Notes: a model not told the origin generated them from the letters alone. Numbered from the stretch's first letter, positions 18,705 to 29,358 are shown. The stretch: DNA of 64,000 nt from Candidatus Eiseniibacteriota bacterium (GCA_965224245.1 OZ245046.1:3200001-3264000), one strand, 5' to 3'. Numbers and translations are program-made.

Positions 18705-20118
18705 GGGGCGCGAACTCGACGAGCCCGAGATCTCGTCCGTCGTAGAAGCACTGCGCCTTGCCCTGACTCCACCAGCACCATGCCTCGTAGGTACTCTGGC
18801 CGTCGGCGTAGACGATGATCTCCTCGGGGTTCTCGTCGTTGGTGATGGACGCCATGATGATGTCGTCGTTCGGTCCGTAGCTCGAGAGCATCGACGCGAA
18901 GTGCGTGTTGATGTCGTCGACCTGCTTGCCCTCGGCCAGGCACTGCCACATCAGGAGGTACTTGAGCGCGCCCTCGGTGTCACCCTTGAGACGAAGCACC
19001 TGGGCCACGTAGCGATAGCCCTCGGCGCTCTTCGGCGCGAGGTCGATGACCTGGCGCGCGTAGGCCAGCGTCGAGTCGTGCTCCTCGACCGAGAAGAAGC
19101 ACGCGATCACGAACATGAGGTGCTCGCGACGTCGCTCGGCGGAGTCCTCGTCACTGAACTCGCCCGACTCGACCAGCCGGCGACGCGCGTTCTCCGCGGA
19201 TCGGCTGAGCTGTATCGCGGTGCGGAAGTCCGCGGCGGCCTGCCCGGAGCCGGCCGCGAGCTCGGCCTCGGCCTTGGCGCGGGTCACCAGCGATACGTTG
19301 CGGCTGTACGTGTAGAGCTCGGCGTCGGGTGCATCGAGCGAGATCGCCTCGTTGAAGAGATGGGCGGACTCGTCCAGCATCGCGATGCCCGACTCGCGCT
19401 CGGCCGCATCCGAGCTCGCCGCGGTGGTGGATCCGTCGTTGTAGAGCTCGGTGGCGCGAATCTCGAGCTGCTGTCGCAGGAGCTTCAGCGTGGTCTCGTT
19501 GTCGGGCTCGAGGTCGTACGCCGCACGATACGCACGGAGCCCCTCGACGGTCTTCTCGAGGCCGCGGTACGCGCTCCCCAGGTTCCGCCAGGCCCGGACG
19601 TCGGTCGAGTCGACGGCGATCGCGTTGCTGAACTCGGCGGCGGCCATCTCGTAGTTCTGCTCGTCGAAGTGCTCGCTGCCGGCCATGAACCGCTCGGTCC
19701 AGTAGAACTGCTGGTTGTTCTCGATGTCGGGGATGAGCTTCTTGTACTTCTGCTCGTCGGCCTTGGCCAGCGGGAGCGCGGCCCGGAACGCATCACCTGC
19801 CGCCTCGTAGCACCCGAGCTGCCCGTAGGCCATGGCCAGCCGCATGAAGTACTCGGGCTCGGTGTTGTCGAGATGAACGGCCAGCTCCGCCTCGCGAGCC
19901 GCCTTCCGGAACAGACCCTGATTGAAGTACAGCTTCGTGCTTCGGAGGTGGAGCTTCGCGTCGCGCAGCTCCTCGCGCGTTGCATCCTCCCAGAGGTGTC
20001 CGACGTCGGTCGCGCAGTCGAACGGCTCTTCCTCTTCGGTCTGGGCGCGGAGCGCCGGGACCGAGACGGCCGACACGAGAACGAGGGCCGCGAGGACCTT
20101 CGAGTATGAGACACGCAT
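18694..20118 (-). CDS. Secreted TPR protein
   Basis: Signal peptide ..ALRA; several TPRs (AWRNLGSAY..AYDLEPDN; GYRYVAQV). Confidence 0.8.
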   Translation of the reverse strand: MRVSYSKVLAALVLVSAVSVPALRAQTEEEEPFDCATDVGHLWEDATREELRDAKLHLRSTKLYFNQGLFRKAAREAELAVHLDNTEPEYFMRLAMAYGQLGCYEAAGDAFRAALPLAKADEQKYKKLIPDIENNQQFYWTERFMAGSEHFDEQNYEMAAAEFSNAIAVDSTDVRAWRNLGSAYRGLEKTVEGLRAYRAAYDLEPDNETTLKLLRQQLEIRATELYNDGSTTAASSDAAERESGIAMLDESAHLFNEAISLDAPDAELYTYSRNVSLVTRAKAEAELAAGSGQAAADFRTAIQLSRSAENARRRLVESGEFSDEDSAERRREHLMFVIACFFSVEEHDSTLAYARQVIDLAPKSAEGYRYVAQVLRLKGDTEGALKYLLMWQCLAEGKQVDDINTHFASMLSSYGPNDDIIMASITNDENPEEIIVYADGQSTYEAWCWWSQGKAQCFYDGRDLGLVEFAPLVP

Positions 20119-20247
20119 GTGAGTCCTCCTAACCGCCCGCCACGCGCGGGACGAGAGCGCGGGCTCGCGACGGGGTCCGTCGTGCCGACGAATCCGCCGT
20201 GCCGACGGCTCCGTCGTCAGTCGAGGGTGAGCGCGCGGAAGCCTACT

Positions 20248-22053
20248 TTAGGGTCCGGGCGCCTGCAAGCGCTCCAGGGACGCGTGACGGACCTCGGACG
20301 ATTCGACGCGGGTGGGGCCCCGAAACCACTCGAGGCGCGCCGGATACCGCACGCCCTCGAATCGTCGGTACTTCCCGAACCGAAGCTCCTCCAACTCGTT
20401 GGACCCTGCCCGGCCGTCGAGGGTCACACGCGTGGGAAGGCCGGTCTCCACGTCCAGGTCGATCGTGACGACGTCCACCGAATCGGTGACCATCACCCGC
20501 TGAAACCACCGACCGTCCCGAAACGCTCCCCCTTCGTAACGAATTGACGTGACCTCGTCGCCGAATCGCGCGGCCAGCCCCACCGGGTCGGCGGCGCCGC
20601 GGACACGGAGACGCCGCCGGTCGGCGTCGTCGAACGGCTCGGATTCCCCGTCCAGCGTCCGCCCGGCGCCGCTCGCGTCGAGCCACTCCGCCACGTGCAT
20701 CTCGGTCCCGTCGGGGACGAACTCGCGGCGGATCGCGCGGCCGAGCGGGTCGATCCGCTCGGTGAGCGCCCCGGCCAGCACGGCTCCATCTCGCCACCAC
20801 CACCAGTCCGACTCGACGACGACACGGGCAGCGCCCTCGAACGGGGTCGCGTCAACGGCGGGGGAGTCCACGACCACGTTGCGGCGCGCCCGCCGGCCCA
20901 CCGCCGCGACGAGGGCAAGCGACTCGGGCCCGCTGAGCGCGTCCGCGGTGACCGGGTCGCCGCTCCAGAGCTCGGTCGGCCCGAATCCGGCCGCCGGCGC
21001 GGCTCCGGTGGTGACCGCCACCACGCTCTCGCCGAGCCCGGCCAACGCGGCCTCCCGGATGCTCTCGGGCGTGACCGCGTCCCAGGCGCGGCGGACCTCG
21101 ATGGCCAGCCGGGGCCGGCGCGACCACTCGGACAGGAGCACGGCGGTCGGGAACCAGCGATCGGGCTGGCTGTAGGACTGGGTGTCCTCGGCCAGGAGCC
21201 ACTGCCGATGCGCATCCACGAGTCCCCCGGCCAGGAGCTCGGTGCGATAGCGCGCCAGCCGCGCCTCGACCCGCGCGCGCAGCGCCGGAAGCGAGTCGGC
21301 CGACATCGGCCAGCGCGCGACCACCAGCCGCCGGCTCCGCATCGGAACCGTCGTGACGTCCGCCCCCTCGGCGCCCAGCTCGAGCGCCAGATCACGCGCC
21401 AGCACGCGCGCGGCCTCCGGGTCCTCGCCGAGGTCGGTGTCGATCGGGACGCCGACCACGCTCGCCACCGGCTCGTCGTCCGGAAGATGCCGCCACCAGC
21501 CGCCGAGCGGCATCACCTCGTCGGGCTCGGGATCCGCGCCCCCACGGTCGTGGTCGGGCAGCGCGCGTCCGGCGGTCACCAGGGCCTCCATCAGCGCCGC
21601 GGCCGGTGCGTCGGCGGCGAGGATCAGACGCGGGCGGTCGGGCTCCCGATCCCGAAGGAGGCTCGGCCAGCGCGCGCCGGCGAGATAGAGCAGATGACGC
21701 AACGGCGCCGATCCGGGCGGATCGGACCGGCCGTCGCGCGGACCGGGGGCGTGCGCGGAGGAGAGGAGCGACGCCAGCGCCACGTCGGCGTCCGCCGCAT
21801 CCGCCCGGAGCACGCGGTGCCCGGCCAGCTCGCGAGCCCGGACCGGCGCCGCCATCGGCGGTGTCTCGCCGGAGAGCGGCAGGTCGGGAGGATCCACCAG
21901 GCACGCGGTGTACCCGGTCACGCGGGCCGACACCGCGACCAGGTCCCATCCCCCGAGCTCGCGAACGTGAATCTCGGTCGGAACGGCGCGCGCGCTCCCG
22001 GCGCCGGCGACGAGACACAACCCGACGAGGAGGCTACGCCGCCCCGCGATCAC
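20248..22053 (-). CDS. Secreted hypothetical protein, possibly a degenerate M16-like fold with a LolA-like C-terminal domain
   Basis: GTG overlapping upstream stop; signal peptide ..GSARA; WDAVTPESIREAA resembles M16 C-terminal motif; tail DVETGLP..FGKYRRFEGVRYP. Confidence 0.5.
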   Translation of the reverse strand: MIAGRRSLLVGLCLVAGAGSARAVPTEIHVRELGGWDLVAVSARVTGYTACLVDPPDLPLSGETPPMAAPVRARELAGHRVLRADAADADVALASLLSSAHAPGPRDGRSDPPGSAPLRHLLYLAGARWPSLLRDREPDRPRLILAADAPAAALMEALVTAGRALPDHDRGGADPEPDEVMPLGGWWRHLPDDEPVASVVGVPIDTDLGEDPEAARVLARDLALELGAEGADVTTVPMRSRRLVVARWPMSADSLPALRARVEARLARYRTELLAGGLVDAHRQWLLAEDTQSYSQPDRWFPTAVLLSEWSRRPRLAIEVRRAWDAVTPESIREAALAGLGESVVAVTTGAAPAAGFGPTELWSGDPVTADALSGPESLALVAAVGRRARRNVVVDSPAVDATPFEGAARVVVESDWWWWRDGAVLAGALTERIDPLGRAIRREFVPDGTEMHVAEWLDASGAGRTLDGESEPFDDADRRRLRVRGAADPVGLAARFGDEVTSIRYEGGAFRDGRWFQRVMVTDSVDVVTIDLDVETGLPTRVTLDGRAGSNELEELRFGKYRRFEGVRYPARLEWFRGPTRVESSEVRHASLERLQAPGP

Positions 22054-22841
22054 GGCGTGACCGTCTCGCCGATGTGGATGACGAGTCGCTCGCTCGGTAC
22101 CTCGGCCTTGACCACACGCCCCTTCGGATCGAGCCACACGTTGGTCAGGAGCGCCGGCAGGTCCAGCTTCACCGTCGGGACCTCGGTGCCGTCCAGGAGC
22201 TGGATCGTCTCCTCGTACTGCACGAGGAAGTCGGTGAGCACGTTCACCTCGAGCTGCGGCACAAAGTAGTTGCGCCGCACCTTCTCCACGGCGGGGTTCA
22301 CCGGCTGGAGCCGGAACGCCAGATCGAACGGACCGATGAACACGAAGTCGAGCAGGCGGCTGTTCTCGTTGTACCGCGGCGAGATCTCCCGTGGCTCGGC
22401 CCCGGGCTGCTCGATCTGCATCTCGGCGTACGGGAAGTTCATCGTCACGTTGATCGTGGTCACGCCCTGGGGCCGCTCGAGCTCGAGGTCGTACGACACG
22501 GGACGCCCCCATGCGTCCAGCTCGGCGATGGCGTGCCCCTTCAGCTTCATCGAGGACCCGTACGGAACACCGTCGACGTCGATCGTGTTCATCATCAGGT
22601 AGCGATCGCGGGTGCGCGGGATGCGTTCGATCGTGAGCCAGCTCTCGCCGGCGTCGTTGCCGTTGGCGTAGTAGAAGTACTGCTGCTTCTGCCCCACCGG
22701 CCACACCTCTTCGATCTTCCGCTCTTCCAGCGCGAGGGCGCCGTTCGTGAAGACGAGCGCGGCGGCGGTGGCAGAGAGGGCGGCCGCGGAAAAAAGCGTG
22801 AGACGGCGAATCGGGGTGTGATACCGTGTCGGGTCCGACAT
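22050..22841 (-). CDS. Secreted hypothetical beta-rich protein
   Basis: ATG 22841 with GAGGAG RBS; signal peptide ..GALA; C-terminal VWLDPKGRVVK. Confidence 0.65.
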   Translation of the reverse strand: MSDPTRYHTPIRRLTLFSAAALSATAAALVFTNGALALEERKIEEVWPVGQKQQYFYYANGNDAGESWLTIERIPRTRDRYLMMNTIDVDGVPYGSSMKLKGHAIAELDAWGRPVSYDLELERPQGVTTINVTMNFPYAEMQIEQPGAEPREISPRYNENSRLLDFVFIGPFDLAFRLQPVNPAVEKVRRNYFVPQLEVNVLTDFLVQYEETIQLLDGTEVPTVKLDLPALLTNVWLDPKGRVVKAEVPSERLVIHIGETVTP

Positions 22842-23205
22842 GAGACGTGCTCCTCGGTCAGGTCGATGACGTGAGCGGTGGCCGACTCGAGGACTGGCGA
22901 GTCCAAAACCCCGGCCCACCTCTTCAATCACGGTAGATGTCGATCACGGTACGGCTGGTGAGCCGACATCGGCCGGCGCATCGCGCGCGGCGTGCCCGCC
23001 CGACGTCGCGTCGGGGCGATCTCGAGCACCGTGGTCGAGCGTCGAGTCGTCGGCGGACGAGGGTATCTGACGGAATCCGCCACCGGCAACCCGTTTCCCG
23101 TGTGCTCCCGGTCGTCCGATCGTCGAGCCGGGTGACGAGCTTGTCCACCCCCCGTCGCGGGTTTGGTTCCGGGCCCGAGCCCGGTACGACGGAGAGTGCT
23201 GCGTC

Positions 23206-25236
23206 ATGAGCCTTCGGTCCGGACAGCTCATCCTGCTCGCACGCCGGGGAACCGTGGACCTGGCGGTCGTGGTGTCCCGGCCCGAGCATGGCGTGTTCCG
23301 TGCGTTCACGCTGGACGGCAAGACGAGCCGCTTTCCCGAGACACTGCCCCGTTTCGGACCGATCGGCACGATGTCGGTGTCCGAGAACCCGGTCGAGATG
23401 AAGCGCACGCTCACCGAACGGGACGCGACGCTTCGAGCCACGGCGGCCGCGCTCGACGTCGAGGTGCTCCGGGCGATCACGCTGGACGAGGTGCGCCCGT
23501 ACTCGCTGGAGGAGCTCTCGGGTCTCTTGTACGAGGAGGCCGCGACGCCCGAACGACTCGGCGCGCTCCTGGTCGCGCTCTTCGATCCCGAGAACGGCTT
23601 CGACGTCACCGAGAAGGGCTTCACGCCGGTGTCCGACGACGTGCTGGCCGAGCGCGAGCGGGAACGCGAGGCCGCGCACCAGCGTGCGATCGAGCGTCAC
23701 GAGCGGCAGCGCCGCGAGAAGCTCCAGAAGCGCCTCCGGGCCGACACGCTCGTCCCGGAGCTGAAGCTCCTGGTCACGGGCCGCGCCGATCCCGCCCGGC
23801 TGAGCCCGGTGACGCTCGACTGGCTTCGTGATCTGCGAGAGCGCGTCACGCGACGGGACGCGTCACGCAACGGGGACGGCGCCTACGGCGAGGGCCTCAT
23901 CCGCATCCAGGACGAGAACCACGCCGTGCAGCTCCTGGCCCGGGCGGGCCTGTGGGATCCCGACGTCGAGGACCTCGTGGCCATCCGCACGGCGCTCGGA
24001 TCGCCCATTCCCGACGACGTCGTGGCCGAGGCCGGAGCGCTCCGGCCTCGCGACGTTCACGCCGAGGACCGGACCGATCTGCCCACGTTCACGATCGACA
24101 GCGCGAGCACGCAGGATCTCGACGACGCGATCTCGATCCGGCGGGTGGACGACGGCTTTCGGGTCGACGTACACATCGCGGACGTCGAGCGCTGGGTGCG
24201 ACCGGGAACCGCGCTCGACCGATGGGGCGCCGAGACCGCCGAGTCGCTGTACCTCCCCGAGCGCATCTGCCATCTCTTCCCGAGGGCGCTGGTGGAACGG
24301 GTCTCGCTGGATCCCGGCGTGGACCGGCACGCGTTCTCGCTCGGCGTGCTCGTCCGGGATTGCGGCGACGTGACCGATCTCCGGTTCGCGCGCACACGCG
24401 TGCGATCCGACGAGCGCGTCGACTACGAGACCGCCGACGAGCGCTTTGGGTCCGATCCCACGTGGCGGTCCTGGCTTCCCCTGATCGAGGTGCTCCAGCG
24501 CCGGCGGGAGTCGCGCGGCGCGCGCGTCACGCTCCTGCCCGACCTCGAGATCAAGCCCGGCCCCGACGGCATCCAGACCCGCGTCGTCATCACCGACACG
24601 CCCGCGCATCGTCTGATCTCCGAGCTCATGGTGTTCTTCAACGAGCAGGTGGGGCTCGCGTTCCGGAACGCCGACGTGCCCGCCATCTTCAAGACGCAGC
24701 CGGAGGGGTCTCCCGACACCGAGTTCCCCGATCGCGAGGACCCGCTGTACTTCTCGAAGATCGTCCGGCTCCTGCGCCCGTCGGTCACGGGCCTCGAGCC
24801 GGGACGGCACACGTTCATGGGCGTCGACGCATACTGTCAGGCCACCAGCCCCATCCGCCGCTACGCCGACCTCGTGCACCAGCGACAGCTGGCCGCGCTC
24901 CTGGCCGGCGAGCCGCCCCCGTACACCCGTGACGCGCTGACGCTCCTGTACCCGCAGCTCGACACGCGCGCGTCCGAGGTCCGTCAGGTCGAGCGGCGGC
25001 GACGGCGATACTGGGTGCTTCGCCGCCTCTCGCAGCTTCGCGGCACGCGAATCGAGGGCATCGTCAGCCAGATCCGTCCCGGCGGCCGGCCGGCGGTCTT
25101 CTTCCCCCAGCTGCTCTCGGAGTTCGGGCTCATCATGCCCGAGGATTTCCCCGTCGAGATCGGCGACGAGATCTACGTGACCCCACGGCGGGTCGACCCG
25201 ATCCGCGGAGGCGTCTGGGCCGCGCCGTCCGGCTGA
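23206..25236 (+). CDS. RNB-domain exoribonuclease (RNase II/R family)
   Basis: FTIDSASTQDLDDAIS, VHIADV, LISELM, YCQATSPIRRYADL; C-terminal S1-like domain. Confidence 0.92.
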   Translation: MSLRSGQLILLARRGTVDLAVVVSRPEHGVFRAFTLDGKTSRFPETLPRFGPIGTMSVSENPVEMKRTLTERDATLRATAAALDVEVLRAITLDEVRPYSLEELSGLLYEEAATPERLGALLVALFDPENGFDVTEKGFTPVSDDVLAEREREREAAHQRAIERHERQRREKLQKRLRADTLVPELKLLVTGRADPARLSPVTLDWLRDLRERVTRRDASRNGDGAYGEGLIRIQDENHAVQLLARAGLWDPDVEDLVAIRTALGSPIPDDVVAEAGALRPRDVHAEDRTDLPTFTIDSASTQDLDDAISIRRVDDGFRVDVHIADVERWVRPGTALDRWGAETAESLYLPERICHLFPRALVERVSLDPGVDRHAFSLGVLVRDCGDVTDLRFARTRVRSDERVDYETADERFGSDPTWRSWLPLIEVLQRRRESRGARVTLLPDLEIKPGPDGIQTRVVITDTPAHRLISELMVFFNEQVGLAFRNADVPAIFKTQPEGSPDTEFPDREDPLYFSKIVRLLRPSVTGLEPGRHTFMGVDAYCQATSPIRRYADLVHQRQLAALLAGEPPPYTRDALTLLYPQLDTRASEVRQVERRRRRYWVLRRLSQLRGTRIEGIVSQIRPGGRPAVFFPQLLSEFGLIMPEDFPVEIGDEIYVTPRRVDPIRGGVWAAPSG

Positions 25237-25297
25237 CCGCAGGCGGGTGCGGGCACCGGCGGCCCCGCCTCTAACCGTTTCTCTCTCCGTGACTTAC

Positions 25298-25326
25298 TTG
25301 ACCGCACGTCGCCCCCGACCTATAGT
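25298..25326 (+). promoter_or_regulatory. sigma70-type promoter for NSS transporter
   Basis: TTGACC-N17-TATAGT, 79 nt upstream of an ATG with GGAGG RBS. Confidence 0.65.
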
Positions 25327-25404
25327 GCGCGCGGTCTCGGAGGACCGCTGCCCGCGGCCGCGACCCGGCCGCCACCAGAAGCCGATCGCCACGGGAGGGA
25401 GCCG

Positions 25405-26787
25405 ATGACGACCGATCGAGGACACTGGAAATCGTCGGTGGGATTCATCTTCGCCGCCGCCGGAAGTGCGATCGGGCTCGGCAACCTCTGGAAGTTCCCC
25501 TACATCACCTGGCACAACAACGGCGGCGCGTTCGTGCTGGTGTACCTGATCTGCATCGCGATCGTGGGGCTCCCGATCATGGTCGCCGAGATCATGATCG
25601 GCCGCCGCACCCAGAAGAGCCCCGTCGGCGCGATGCGCGACGCCGCGGGCAAGCCCTGGGCGTTCGTGGGCGGCCTCGGTGTCGTGACCGGATTCGTGAT
25701 TCTCAGCTACTACGCGGTGGTCGCCGGCTGGGCGATCCAGTACTTCGCGCAGTGCGTCGGCTGGTCGATGAACGGATACACCGCGGGCGCCGCCGGGGAC
25801 GGCTTCGGCGGCTTCGTCACCGACGGCGGTCGCCAGATCCTCCTGGCCGCCGCGTTCCTCGCCGTGACCGCGGTGGTCGTGCTGGCGGGGATCGGCCGCG
25901 GGATCGAGCGCATCACCCGCCAGCTGATGCCGCTCCTGTTCCTGATCCTGCTCCTCCTCCTGATCACCGCGCTCCGGATGCCGGGCGCGTCCGAGGCGGT
26001 CGCGTTCATCTTCCGGCCGAACTTCTCCGAGCTCCCGGCCGCGGGAGTGCTCGAGGCGCTCGGTCACTCGTTCTTCACGCTGTCGCTCGGCATGGGCGCG
26101 ATGATCACCTACGGGTCGTACATGCGCCGCACCGACTCGGTCACGCGCGCGTCCGGAGTCGTGGTCGCGCTCGACACCCTGATCGCGCTGGTCGCGACCG
26201 TGATCATGTTCTCGGTCATCTTCTCGGTGCCCGGCGTGCGCGAGACCATCGGCAAGTCCACCGCCGGCATGCTGTTCGTGACCCTGCCGGAGATCTTCTA
26301 CACCAACGTACCCATGGGACAGATCGTGGCCCCGCTCTTCTACGTGCTGGTCGGGTTCGCCGCCCTCACCTCGACGATCTCGCTCCTCGAGGTGGTCGTG
26401 TCCTACTGCATCGACGAGCAGGGCTGGCCGCGCCGCCAGTCCACGATCCTGTGCACGATCGTGATCTTCGGGATCTCGGTGCTGTGTGCCCTCTCGTTCG
26501 GCGCGGTCTCCGGCCTCTCGGACTTCAGCGTGTTCGCCGGGAAGAACGGCATGTTCGACACGCTCGATCACCTGGCCGCGAACTGGATGCTGCCCGTGGG
26601 CGGCCTCTTCATCACGCTCGCTGCGGGATGGGCGATCTCGTCGGCGGTGTCGCGCGAGGAGCTGACCGAGCCCGCGCCGCCGGGCTTCTTCAACTACTCG
26701 GCGTGGCTGTTCTTCATTCGCTTCGTGGCGCCGGCGGCGGTGGCCGCGATCATCATCGCGGTGATCCTGGGACGCGACTTCTCGTAG
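25405..26787 (+). CDS. Sodium-dependent transporter, NSS/SNF family
   Basis: R..W.S..GFIFAAAGSAIGLGNLWKFPY..NGGAF, FFTLSLGMGAMITYGSY, FAALTSTISLLE. Confidence 0.95.
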   Translation: MTTDRGHWKSSVGFIFAAAGSAIGLGNLWKFPYITWHNNGGAFVLVYLICIAIVGLPIMVAEIMIGRRTQKSPVGAMRDAAGKPWAFVGGLGVVTGFVILSYYAVVAGWAIQYFAQCVGWSMNGYTAGAAGDGFGGFVTDGGRQILLAAAFLAVTAVVVLAGIGRGIERITRQLMPLLFLILLLLLITALRMPGASEAVAFIFRPNFSELPAAGVLEALGHSFFTLSLGMGAMITYGSYMRRTDSVTRASGVVVALDTLIALVATVIMFSVIFSVPGVRETIGKSTAGMLFVTLPEIFYTNVPMGQIVAPLFYVLVGFAALTSTISLLEVVVSYCIDEQGWPRRQSTILCTIVIFGISVLCALSFGAVSGLSDFSVFAGKNGMFDTLDHLAANWMLPVGGLFITLAAGWAISSAVSREELTEPAPPGFFNYSAWLFFIRFVAPAAVAAIIIAVILGRDFS

Positions 26788-26934
26788 CCGGAACGCAAAC
26801 GGCGCGCCGTCTCGGGCGGCGCGCCGCCGCGGCGTACACCCCGCTGGCCCACGTCCTCGCGATGCGGTAGTCTGACGTCCCCGGACCGAGATTCCCACCC
26901 GCCACGGCAAGACGCTCCCCAGAAAGCACCGTCC

Positions 26935-28506
26935 GTGCTCGCACGTGTCCTGAGCGCCGCCGTCTTCGGAGTGGATGGGTATCGCGTCCACGTCGAGGCC
27001 GACGTGGGCACCGGCATGCCCCGCTTCCTGGTCGTGGGGCTGCCCGATGCCGCCATCCGCGAGAGCAAGGAGCGCGTGGTCTCGGCCATCAGGAACGCCG
27101 GCGTCGACGTGCTGCTCGAGCGCGTCGTGGTGAACCTGGCCCCCGCCGACGTCCGCAAGGAGGGCGCGAGCTTCGACCTGCCCATGGCCGTGGCCATCCT
27201 CGCCGCGTTCGAGCGTCTTCCCCCCGATCGTCTGGAGCGCACGGCGTTCGTAGGGGAGCTCTCGCTCGATGCCCAGGTGCGCCCGGTGCGCGGCATGTTG
27301 CCGATGCTGCTGGCGCTCCGGCGCCACGCGGCGCGTGTCGTCCTGCCCGCCGCCAACGTGCGCGAGGCCGACGGGCTCGACGGTCTGGACCTCCATCCGG
27401 TGCGACACCTCCGCGAGGTGCTGAGCGGCGCGGCGTTCGAGCGACGGCACGCGACGACGGGAGCCGGCGTGGCCCGCACGATTGGTCCGTCCCGCGGGTC
27501 CCGGGCGATGCCGGCACCGGACGCCCCTCCGGCCGGCGCGACCGGATCGGCCGGCGCACGCACGCCGGAGGCCGAGCCCGACTTCGCCGACGTGGCCGGA
27601 CAGCCCCTGGCCCGCCGCGCGCTCGAGATCGCCGCCGCGGGCGGACACCACGTGGCCCTCGTCGGTCCCCCCGGCGTGGGCAAGACGATGCTCGCGCGCC
27701 GGCTCGCCGGCATCCTGCCCCCGATGTCGGCCGACGTGCGCCTGGACGTGTCGCGCATCCACTCCGCCGCCGGGCTCCTCTCCCCGTCGCGACCCCGCGT
27801 GACCACCCGCCCGTTCCGCGCACCGCATCACACGACCACGGTGGCCGGTCTCATCGGTGGAGGCTGGCCGCCGGTGGCCGGCGAGGTGTCGCTGGCGCAC
27901 GGTGGCGTCCTGTTCCTGGACGAGCTGACCGAGTTCCGTCGCCTCGCGATCGACGCGCTTCGCGAGCCGCTGGAGGAGGGCGTCATCCGACTCACGCGGG
28001 GCCGCTATCGCCTGGCGTTTCCAGCCCGGTTCCAGCTCGTCGCCGCGATGAACGCGTGCCCGTGCGGGTATCTCGGACACCCCACGCGCGAGTGCGTCTG
28101 CACCCCGAGCGCCGTCATGCGCTACCTGGGCCGCGTGTCGGGGCCCGTGTGGGATCGGATCGATCTGGTGGTCCGACTCACACCGGCGAGGGTGGACCTC
28201 ACCGCCGAGACGCGCGGCGAGCCGTCCGCCGCGATCCGGACGCGCGTCATCGGCGCACGCGCCGCCGGCGGCGACGTCTCCCGGCTGGATCTCCGCGCGC
28301 GGATCCGCCGCGCCCGGCGCCGTCTCACCGCCGGCGCGGCCCGGCTCCTGGTCGACGCGGTGGACGCCGATCGGCTGACGATGCGCGGGCACGATCGCAC
28401 GGTGGTCATCGCGTCCACGATCGCGTCGCTGGCGGGACGTGACGCGATCGAGCCCGGGCACGTGGCCGAGGCGCTCCACTATCGCGAGGGATCGAACGAG
28501 TCCTGA
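26935..28506 (+). CDS. comM: YifB/ComM family Mg-chelatase-like AAA+ ATPase
   Basis: VGLPDAAIRESKERV, NLAPADVRKEG, GPPGVGKTMLA, PFRAPHH, GEVSLAHGGVLFLDE, NACPCG. Confidence 0.92.
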   Translation: MLARVLSAAVFGVDGYRVHVEADVGTGMPRFLVVGLPDAAIRESKERVVSAIRNAGVDVLLERVVVNLAPADVRKEGASFDLPMAVAILAAFERLPPDRLERTAFVGELSLDAQVRPVRGMLPMLLALRRHAARVVLPAANVREADGLDGLDLHPVRHLREVLSGAAFERRHATTGAGVARTIGPSRGSRAMPAPDAPPAGATGSAGARTPEAEPDFADVAGQPLARRALEIAAAGGHHVALVGPPGVGKTMLARRLAGILPPMSADVRLDVSRIHSAAGLLSPSRPRVTTRPFRAPHHTTTVAGLIGGGWPPVAGEVSLAHGGVLFLDELTEFRRLAIDALREPLEEGVIRLTRGRYRLAFPARFQLVAAMNACPCGYLGHPTRECVCTPSAVMRYLGRVSGPVWDRIDLVVRLTPARVDLTAETRGEPSAAIRTRVIGARAAGGDVSRLDLRARIRRARRRLTAGAARLLVDAVDADRLTMRGHDRTVVIASTIASLAGRDAIEPGHVAEALHYREGSNES

Positions 28507-28559
28507 GGATGGACCCGGGAGCGGCGCCCGGCCGCGAAGGGCGCGGCGCCGCCGCAGGG

Positions 28560-29036
28560 CTACATGATCGTGCGCGAGATCAGATACGTGTGGTAGACGA
28601 CCACGCCCCCGTACAGCAGCAGCAGGCCGGCCAGCGCCTTCCGCACCCCCGGAAACCGCGCGTGCATCAGGATCAGCGTGGCGCCGACCAGCGAGATCCC
28701 GAGCTTCGAGAGCAGGAAGTACCCGTTGCCGACCTCGAGCGCGCTCCGCATCAGCGGGTTCAGCTCGGTGCCCCCCTTGCCCAGGATGTGGAGCGTGGCC
28801 AGCGCGTCGGTCACCGTGAGCAACAGGAGCGCGAGCACGGCGGTGACCTCGACGGTGTGATACCGATCCACGTAGTAGCCGCCGCGGGTCTCCTCGAGGC
28901 GGCGAACCGCCCGCCGGCGGCCCCGGAACGTGTAGCGGGAGATCATCGGCGTCGCCTGGCGGCGCCGATCCTCGGTCTTGCGGCGTGGCTCGTCGTCCTC
29001 GGGCTTCGGGAACTCGACGAGGGAAAGGTCGCTCAC
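28560..29036 (-). CDS. DUF5658-like small membrane protein
   Basis: DRR..GRRR..RR..YYVDRY, then TM..DALAT..L..GG.ELNPLM. Confidence 0.7.
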   Translation of the reverse strand: MSDLSLVEFPKPEDDEPRRKTEDRRRQATPMISRYTFRGRRRAVRRLEETRGGYYVDRYHTVEVTAVLALLLLTVTDALATLHILGKGGTELNPLMRSALEVGNGYFLLSKLGISLVGATLILMHARFPGVRKALAGLLLLYGGVVVYHTYLISRTIM

Positions 29037-29358
29037 GTGCGGCTCCTGGGCGATGTAGCACTCAGAGTCGTATCGGTGGAAGCCGCGCGCGGCTCAAGCG
29101 CCGAGCGGCGACGGCCCGATTGGCGCGGTTCGCGCAGCCGGATCGGCCTAGAGGCACCGTACGGGGCCGCTCGACCTCCGAGAGACTAGCGCGAAGTCGC
29201 GGACCGCGGGGAGAGCACCGGCGGCCCTCGATGTGGGATTCCGCGCGTGGTGGCCCACGTCGGCCACTCGTGGTGGCGGTCCGCCGGACGCGGGCGCCGC
29301 CGCGTCACGGTTTCGCAACGCGATGCGCGGCCCGGTGCCCGGCTCGCGACGCGGAGAC

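Noticed and set aside
22842..23205. Structured ncRNA in the 360-bp divergent gap (ATCACGGTA direct repeat, small hairpins)
   Set aside because: No recognisable family motif; short repeats and hairpins are expected by chance at this GC content
25294..29061. 1255-aa minus-strand ORF and many other long overlapping ORFs (e.g. 617-2128, 7022-9496, 31524-33869, 45941-47791)
   Set aside because: Antisense or alternate-frame shadows of well-supported genes; R/A/G/P-rich with no motifs, as expected when stops are rare in high-GC DNA
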